64,000 nt of DNA from an uncultured Bacilli bacterium (GTDB lineage Bacteria > Bacillota_I > Bacilli_A > RF39 > UBA660). The translations under genes and the position numbers were made by a program. The notes beneath the pieces were generated by a model. The model searched no databases and was not told the origin of the DNA. It worked only from the letters and a program-made list of their open reading frames with translations. Positions 58,355-64,000 of this stretch are shown here, piece after piece (position 1 is the stretch's first letter; the number at the start of each line of letters is the position of its first letter). Location: NCBI GenBank assembly GCA_944350315.1, contig CALVON010000041.1, positions 7,093 through 71,092 on the forward strand, given 5' to 3'.

Positions 58355-59631
58355 TATTTTTCCTCCTTATTTCTAATAAAGCCTTTTAACATTTTAGCAA
58401 CAACCGCTTTTTCTTTTCTTTTTTTATCATCTGGAGTTAATAACAAGCGCTCATCTTCTTGGCTTATCATAGAATATTCTTTCCCCCTAACGACCATTTT
58501 ATGATGAAAATATTTTATCATTCCTAGTGCCGTTGTATATTTATTATCTCTAACTCCTATTTCGTCCATTAAGTATATTATAACATCTTTTCCTAAAATT
58601 TCATATACTAAATTTTTAAAAGATTTAATTTCTGTAAGTCCTCCGGTAATTATAATATATTCGATATTTTTTTTAGTAAGTAGAGTAATTTGCTTTTTAG
58701 CATAATTTAATATTTCAGTCATCCGACTCATTACCACTTCAGTAACTTCTAATTGATTTAATTTAACTACTTCGCCAATATTATTTGTTAAATCATATGT
58801 ATCATTTAAATTAGTAAATCTTTTGTGGCAAGTGGCAAATTTTTCTTTAATTTTTCTAGCATCAATTATATTTGTACCAAAGACATAAGCAATATCTTTT
58901 TCAATATTAATACCACCAAGCTGAATAGTTTCTGTATTCATTAATTTTCCATTATTGATAATCGAAACATTGGTAATTTCATGGCCTAAATTGATAATTG
59001 CCCCAACTTTATGATCAGTGTTTTTATTTCCAACTTGATAATAATCACTAAGACCAGATAGTGTTATATCTACTACCTCTAGGGAAGCACCTTCGATGAC
59101 ACTAATAACTGAATATATATTTTTTTTAGGGACAGTTATCATAATTGCTTTTATTGTTAATTCATTACCTTCCATTCCATATGGAAATTCATTTCCTTCT
59201 TTATCATCAATAATAAAATCTAGAGGCAATACAGTTACTAACTCATATTCACGGTCTATTTTTCCATATACAGAATCTTTTATGACTTTATTTATATCAT
59301 CAGTTGTAACTATACCATTAATTTTTGTTTTCCCTGTTACATACATAAATTTTACATTATAATCAGGAACATTAACAATAACTTTTTTAATCTCGATTCC
59401 TAAATCTTCATTTACTTTTTTTATACCATCTTTAATAGTATTAACAGCTAAATTAGAATCAACTATTAATCCCTTTCTAATACCTTTCGATTTAATAGCA
59501 TAAGAAGATAACACATAAATTTTACCATCTTTCTCTTCTCCAACTAAAAATTTAACAGTATCAGATCCAATATCAATACTTGTATATATTTTTTTCATGA
59601 TATCGACTCTCCCTAAAATGATACATTTCAA
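58354..59631 (-). CDS. ftsA: Cell division protein FtsA
   Basis: Actin-like ATPase, [10 protein letters not shown]. Sits immediately upstream of ftsZ. Confidence 0.9.
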   Translation of the reverse strand: MKCIILGRVDIMKKIYTSIDIGSDTVKFLVGEEKDGKIYVLSSYAIKSKGIRKGLIVDSNLAVNTIKDGIKKVNEDLGIEIKKVIVNVPDYNVKFMYVTGKTKINGIVTTDDINKVIKDSVYGKIDREYELVTVLPLDFIIDDKEGNEFPYGMEGNELTIKAIMITVPKKNIYSVISVIEGASLEVVDITLSGLSDYYQVGNKNTDHKVGAIINLGHEITNVSIINNGKLMNTETIQLGGINIEKDIAYVFGTNIIDARKIKEKFATCHKRFTNLNDTYDLTNNIGEVVKLNQLEVTEVVMSRMTEILNYAKKQITLLTKKNIEYIIITGGLTEIKSFKNLVYEILGKDVIIYLMDEIGVRDNKYTTALGMIKYFHHKMVVRGKEYSMISQEDERLLLTPDDKKRKEKAVVAKMLKGFIRNKEEK

Positions 59632-59728
59632 TTATACACAAAAAAACTATCAAAATCAACAAAATATTATCATTTTCTCCATTTATAACAAAAAATGATA
59701 TATCGCATTAATATATCATTTATGCATT

Positions 59729-60583
59729 TTATTCATTCACTTTTTTTATTTCTCTTTTTTGCTTATATGTAATATTTTTCATTTCCGTATTAATAGCCAT
59801 ATTCTGAATAACTTTCTTTATTATCTTATCAATTTCACTATCTTTAGTATAATCAGCTAAGGCAAGATAATTAATTCTTTCTTCTTTTAATAGATTTTGG
59901 GCAGTTTTTATTGTTTTATCAGTATATACAGCAATGCTTACTCCACCACCCTCTTTTGTCAACTTCATACAAGGAACATCAGTATATCCATCACCTATAT
60001 ATATCATATTTGCAGTAGATATTCTTCTTGCATTATCAATCATTTTTCTATTTAGACTAGTATCATCTGATATATCTAATACTCCCTTATTTATTCGACT
60101 TAAAAATTGTGTTTTATTAGTATAATTAACTGCTAATTTAGGCCATATAGCATTTCCATCTTCATTATAGAAAAATTCAGATGCATATATTTGTTTAAAA
60201 TATTTTCCTATTTTTGTTCCTTCAATAATTTCTTTTAGCCCTGAAGAAATAATATAATGTTCAACTTTCATACCAACACTTTCACCATATTCATTTACTC
60301 TTTCAAACCATTCTTCCAAGCCATCAAATAATTCAATATTTTTCCCCATATCATTTAAATATTTTCTTTTTAAACTGCGATTATTAGAAACCATTTTTTT
60401 AAACATTAAATACATATAAGTTAAGACCTGATCCATTTTATTTTCTTTTCTTATTTCATCAGCTTCCTTCCAAAATTCAGAAGCATTTATTCCTAAATTA
60501 GGAATAAATGTATATTCTTGCATATCTTTAGCACATAAAGTTTTATCAAAATCGTACATAATAGCAATTATATTTTTTCTCAT
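59729..60583 (-). CDS. HAD-superfamily hydrolase
   Basis: 284 aa. Motif I MYDFDKTL (DxDxT). Motif IV YIGDGYTD. Confidence 0.65.
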   Translation of the reverse strand: MRKNIIAIMYDFDKTLCAKDMQEYTFIPNLGINASEFWKEADEIRKENKMDQVLTYMYLMFKKMVSNNRSLKRKYLNDMGKNIELFDGLEEWFERVNEYGESVGMKVEHYIISSGLKEIIEGTKIGKYFKQIYASEFFYNEDGNAIWPKLAVNYTNKTQFLSRINKGVLDISDDTSLNRKMIDNARRISTANMIYIGDGYTDVPCMKLTKEGGGVSIAVYTDKTIKTAQNLLKEERINYLALADYTKDSEIDKIIKKVIQNMAINTEMKNITYKQKREIKKVNE

Positions 60584-60594
60584 ATTTTACTCCT

Positions 60595-63500
60595 TTAATT
60601 AACTTCCTTTAATTCATCTTCTATAATAGAATATAAATATATTTTTACTTTCTTATTACTTATTTTTTCAATATATTGTTTGTATCCATTTAATTGTTTA
60701 ATATATTCTATATCATTAATATTTTTAAGTTTATAATCAATAATGTTAATATAATTATCATACTCTAACATTAAATCAATTATTCCATGATAAGAAATAT
60801 TATTTTCAGTATATTTAAATTCATATTCTCTATATTCATGTATATAATCTTTAGATATCTTTGTAAATAATTTATTTATTATTTTATTATTGTTTCCATG
60901 TAAATCAGCATATTCTAATGCAGCATGAACTTTTTCCCCATATTTCATCGAAGCGATGCTATCTTTATCTAAAAGATAATAATTTTCTTTTGAAAAATGA
61001 TTTTCATTTAGTTTTTGATAAGTTATATTAATTTCTTTTTTTATAATATCATAACCAGTACTATTCTTATTTATTGTTTTTAATTTTATGTCATCATATT
61101 CATGAGTATAATTGGCTTCTTTAAAGACAAAATATTTTTCTAAAATAGCTAATGAATTTATAATATCTAGAAATGTTCGATATTTTAATCTTTTAGATAC
61201 ATCTACTAAATGACTACTTTTATCTATGATTTGATCTTGTTTCATCGGGCAGATAATTATCATTTTCTCTCTACATCTAGTTAAGGCAACATAAAACAAT
61301 CTAATTTTTTCAGAAATTTCAGCTTTATAAAAATCATCTTTATAGATATCTTTTAATATAGTATCTTTAAGAGTATCACAATAATAAGGTATAACTATTC
61401 CTAACTTATCATTAAATAATATACTTTCATTTAGCTCTTTAATTGTAAATTTATTTTCCATTCCCGTAAAATAACATAAACTAAATTCTAAGCCTTTTGA
61501 TTTATGGATATTCATAATTTTTACAGCATCTTGATTACCTGTATTTACTAGATATTTAACGGATAGTCCTTTATTATCTACTTCATCTAAATAATTTATA
61601 AACTCATCTATGCTATATCCTAAACCACTTAAATTGTTTGCTATGTCAATTAAATTACTAATTCTTATAATATCTTCTGAAATATTATATAAGTTAGTAA
61701 GTTTTTCATATATATTAAATTTAATTAAAATATTATTAATAATATTTACTAAGGGTTCAGATAAGTCTATCTCTTGGCACATTTTAATTATATTATCATT
61801 TAGTATTTTATTACTTACTATAGTTTTATATATTTTATCATCATCATATTCAAATATAAATGATCTAGCTACTGAAGTATATAAATATTTAAAATGATTA
61901 TCATATTCTTTTTTTCCTACTCGACTAACGAGAGCAATTAAATTTTTAATAGTTAATATAACTTTATTATTAGTAAGTTCTTGATCCATATATATTACTG
62001 AAGGAATATTATGGTATTCTAAAATCTTTTTATATTTTTCTAGATATTTATTTCGATCAGTAATTATACATATATCTGAATATTTAAGATCACGCATTTT
62101 TTTAGTATCCTTATCATATATTTGATACTTTTTAGCTATTTTATCTTTGATATCTTCACTAACAATAAATAATTCTTTTTCATAATCATCAAATTCTTGA
62201 TATTCATCTATATCATAACAAAATATTTCCAAATAATTATTTTGATTTACTTTTTCCCTGTTATAATCTTCATTTCCAAATATCATATTATGTTCTTCTA
62301 AATACTTAGCATTACCTAATTCATCATCCATAATTAAATTAAATATTTCATTAATATTAAATAGTACCTCTTCCCTACTTCTAAAGTTTTTAAGTAAGTC
62401 GATCTTAATTCCCCCATTATTCATTCCATACTGATTATATTTTTTTTGAAAAATATATGGATTAGCATTTCTAAAACGATAGATTGATTGTTTAATATCT
62501 CCGACCATATATACATTGTTATTACTAATTAATTTAATAAATTCTTCTTGTATTGTAGAAGTATCTTGATACTCATCAATCATAATTTCATTAAAACTAT
62601 GCATTACTTCATTTTGAATATTTTTATTATTTTTTACTATACTAATTGCCATATGAGCTATATCGTTAAATTCATATACATTATTTTTTTCTTTATATTT
62701 ATTGGTAGCATCATCTAATTTTTTAATTATTTCTATTATTAATTTAGTATTTGAATAAGTACTTTTTATACTACTAATAATTTCTTCTTTATTTTGAAAA
62801 CGAAGAAGCTCTTTTATTTTTTCAATATTTTCTTTTAATTCATCTTTTATAGATAGGCCTAATTCATCTACATTAGTAAATCTTATAACAGTCATATTAT
62901 TAAATAATACTAGTTCATCGTAAGTTTTTCCATTAAATAATGGTTTTAAATAACTAGTGAGTTTTTCAGATAAACTATCACTAATATAATTTTGTAATTC
63001 ATTAAATAAATTTTTAATATCAATTATTTTTCTATTTATAATATCCATATAATTATCAAATTGTTTTTCAATAAAAGTATTATTTTGATATTTTTCAATA
63101 TATGTATTTAAAAATAAATCTTTATCTACGACTAAATCTATTTTTGAAGATAAACTTATAATATCTTTTTTAAAATTTTGATCATCTTTTAAACAAAATT
63201 CACTTATCATCTTATCAAATTTTTCATCACCATACATATTTTCTAATATTTCATCTAATCTTTGATATTTATATATAGTAATAATGTTTTTATCAATAAT
63301 AGAAATATTTGGAGAAACATTTATTTCATATGAATATTTTTTTACTAAAGAAAGAGCAAAACTATCAAAGGTGGTAATATATGCTGAATCGAGAAGAACT
63401 AACTGTTCTTTTAAATTATTTTTTATTATAGAATCTCTAATTCTTTTTTTCATTTCATTAGCAGCTTCATTAGTAAAAGTTAAAACTAGTAATTTATTGA

Positions 63501-63636
63501 CATCAACTCCGTTAGAAATTTTTCTTATTACTCTTTGAGTTAATACAGCAGTCTTCCCAGAACCAGCTCCGGCCGATACAATTATATTTGTTCCTTCAAT
63601 ATCTATAGCTTGTTGTTGTTCATATGTATTTGCCAT
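60595..63636 (-). CDS. addA: ATP-dependent helicase/nuclease subunit A (UvrD/PcrA-like SF1 helicase with C-terminal PD-(D/E)xK nuclease)
   Basis: 1013 aa. QQQAIDIEGTNIIVSAGAGSGKTAVLTQR contains Walker A. The C-terminal IIDLMLEYDNYINIIDYK is a RecB-type nuclease motif. Confidence 0.8.
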   Translation of the reverse strand: MANTYEQQQAIDIEGTNIIVSAGAGSGKTAVLTQRVIRKISNGVDVNKLLVLTFTNEAANEMKKRIRDSIIKNNLKEQLVLLDSAYITTFDSFALSLVKKYSYEINVSPNISIIDKNIITIYKYQRLDEILENMYGDEKFDKMISEFCLKDDQNFKKDIISLSSKIDLVVDKDLFLNTYIEKYQNNTFIEKQFDNYMDIINRKIIDIKNLFNELQNYISDSLSEKLTSYLKPLFNGKTYDELVLFNNMTVIRFTNVDELGLSIKDELKENIEKIKELLRFQNKEEIISSIKSTYSNTKLIIEIIKKLDDATNKYKEKNNVYEFNDIAHMAISIVKNNKNIQNEVMHSFNEIMIDEYQDTSTIQEEFIKLISNNNVYMVGDIKQSIYRFRNANPYIFQKKYNQYGMNNGGIKIDLLKNFRSREEVLFNINEIFNLIMDDELGNAKYLEEHNMIFGNEDYNREKVNQNNYLEIFCYDIDEYQEFDDYEKELFIVSEDIKDKIAKKYQIYDKDTKKMRDLKYSDICIITDRNKYLEKYKKILEYHNIPSVIYMDQELTNNKVILTIKNLIALVSRVGKKEYDNHFKYLYTSVARSFIFEYDDDKIYKTIVSNKILNDNIIKMCQEIDLSEPLVNIINNILIKFNIYEKLTNLYNISEDIIRISNLIDIANNLSGLGYSIDEFINYLDEVDNKGLSVKYLVNTGNQDAVKIMNIHKSKGLEFSLCYFTGMENKFTIKELNESILFNDKLGIVIPYYCDTLKDTILKDIYKDDFYKAEISEKIRLFYVALTRCREKMIIICPMKQDQIIDKSSHLVDVSKRLKYRTFLDIINSLAILEKYFVFKEANYTHEYDDIKLKTINKNSTGYDIIKKEINITYQKLNENHFSKENYYLLDKDSIASMKYGEKVHAALEYADLHGNNNKIINKLFTKISKDYIHEYREYEFKYTENNISYHGIIDLMLEYDNYINIIDYKLKNINDIEYIKQLNGYKQYIEKISNKKVKIYLYSIIEDELKEVN

Positions 63637-64000
63637 TATTGATTCACCTCATTTAAAGCTATTTTAATATTGTCATAATTTTTTTTATCAACGTAACATA
63701 TATCTTTAAATTGACAATATTCGCATCCCTTGTTGTATCCATTAATTACTTTGGGATTTATTGAAAATTCGTTCTTTTTAATATTATTAATTACACTTAT
63801 AATTTTATCTTCAGTTTCTTTTTTAATATTCTCAATTTCATCATTAGATAAAACTTTTGAATGCTTTGAAAAACTACCATCTTTTAAAGTTTTCATTCCC
63901 TTTATTATTTTAGAATTTTCAAAATTGTTATCACCTATTTTTAAAATACTAGGATCACTATTTGAGTATCCTACTAGGCGATAATCTTTATCTTTAATAT
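63636..64000 (-). CDS. addB: AddB/RexB C-terminal end (partial; continues beyond the window edge)
   Basis: The frame is open from 64000 down to the stop at 63636. The C-terminal Cys cluster GCEYCQFKDIC is typical of the AddB Fe-S nuclease domain. The stop overlaps the addA start. Confidence 0.65.
   Translation of the reverse strand, partial: IKDKDYRLVGYSNSDPSILKIGDNNFENSKIIKGMKTLKDGSFSKHSKVLSNDEIENIKKETEDKIISVINNIKKNEFSINPKVINGYNKGCEYCQFKDICYVDKKNYDNIKIALNEVNQ

Overview
This is a chromosomal segment from a low-GC (~26% GC) spore-forming Firmicute, of Clostridia or Erysipelotrichia type. Conserved core genes are interleaved with several accessory modules.

Core genes present: rarA, a xerC/xerD-type recombinase, a phosphohexomutase, tcdA, rpsT, the gpr-spoIIP sporulation pair, zupT, spoIVB, a spoIIM-like gene, tsaC/sua5, mnmA, ftsA-ftsZ, and an addA helicase-nuclease with the start of addB.

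Accessory and unusual content:
- A candidate 6S RNA sits in the 318-nt gap upstream of tcdA.
- A Clp-type single-AAA+ ATPase has a degenerate Clp_N-like N-terminus.
- An island at 14.5-17.9 kb holds a probably frameshifted large gene, a short LXG-like N-terminal domain ORF followed by a coiled-coil ORF, and unknown genes.
- A roughly 11-kb surface-polysaccharide locus carries a priming transferase, GT2/GT4 transferases, Wzy, Wzx, a TupA-like ATP-grasp enzyme, two hexapeptide acetyltransferases, Ugd and a clear D-glucuronyl C5-epimerase homologue.
- A tandem-repeat protein lies next to a VanZ-family gene.
- A Fic gene is translationally overlapped with a 703-aa RpoD-like sigma factor bearing long N- and C-terminal extensions.
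- A Wzz / BY-kinase / PHP-phosphatase / LCP module is followed by a type Ibeta DAHP synthase.
- An IS200/IS605 tnpA remnant carries subterminal hairpins.
- An approximately 700-nt ORF-less group II intron, class C-like, is inserted directly after an intrinsic terminator hairpin.
- A divergently transcribed XRE regulator sits next to two genes that each carry an identical 21-nt palindromic box at the promoter and a shared 3' repeat.
- A small DUF1540-like Cys-rich gene follows a strongly AT-rich repeat region.
- An amidoligase-like gene, an M23 peptidase and an NlpC/P60-like gene lie next to ftsZ.

No rRNA, tRNA or CRISPR array was seen.
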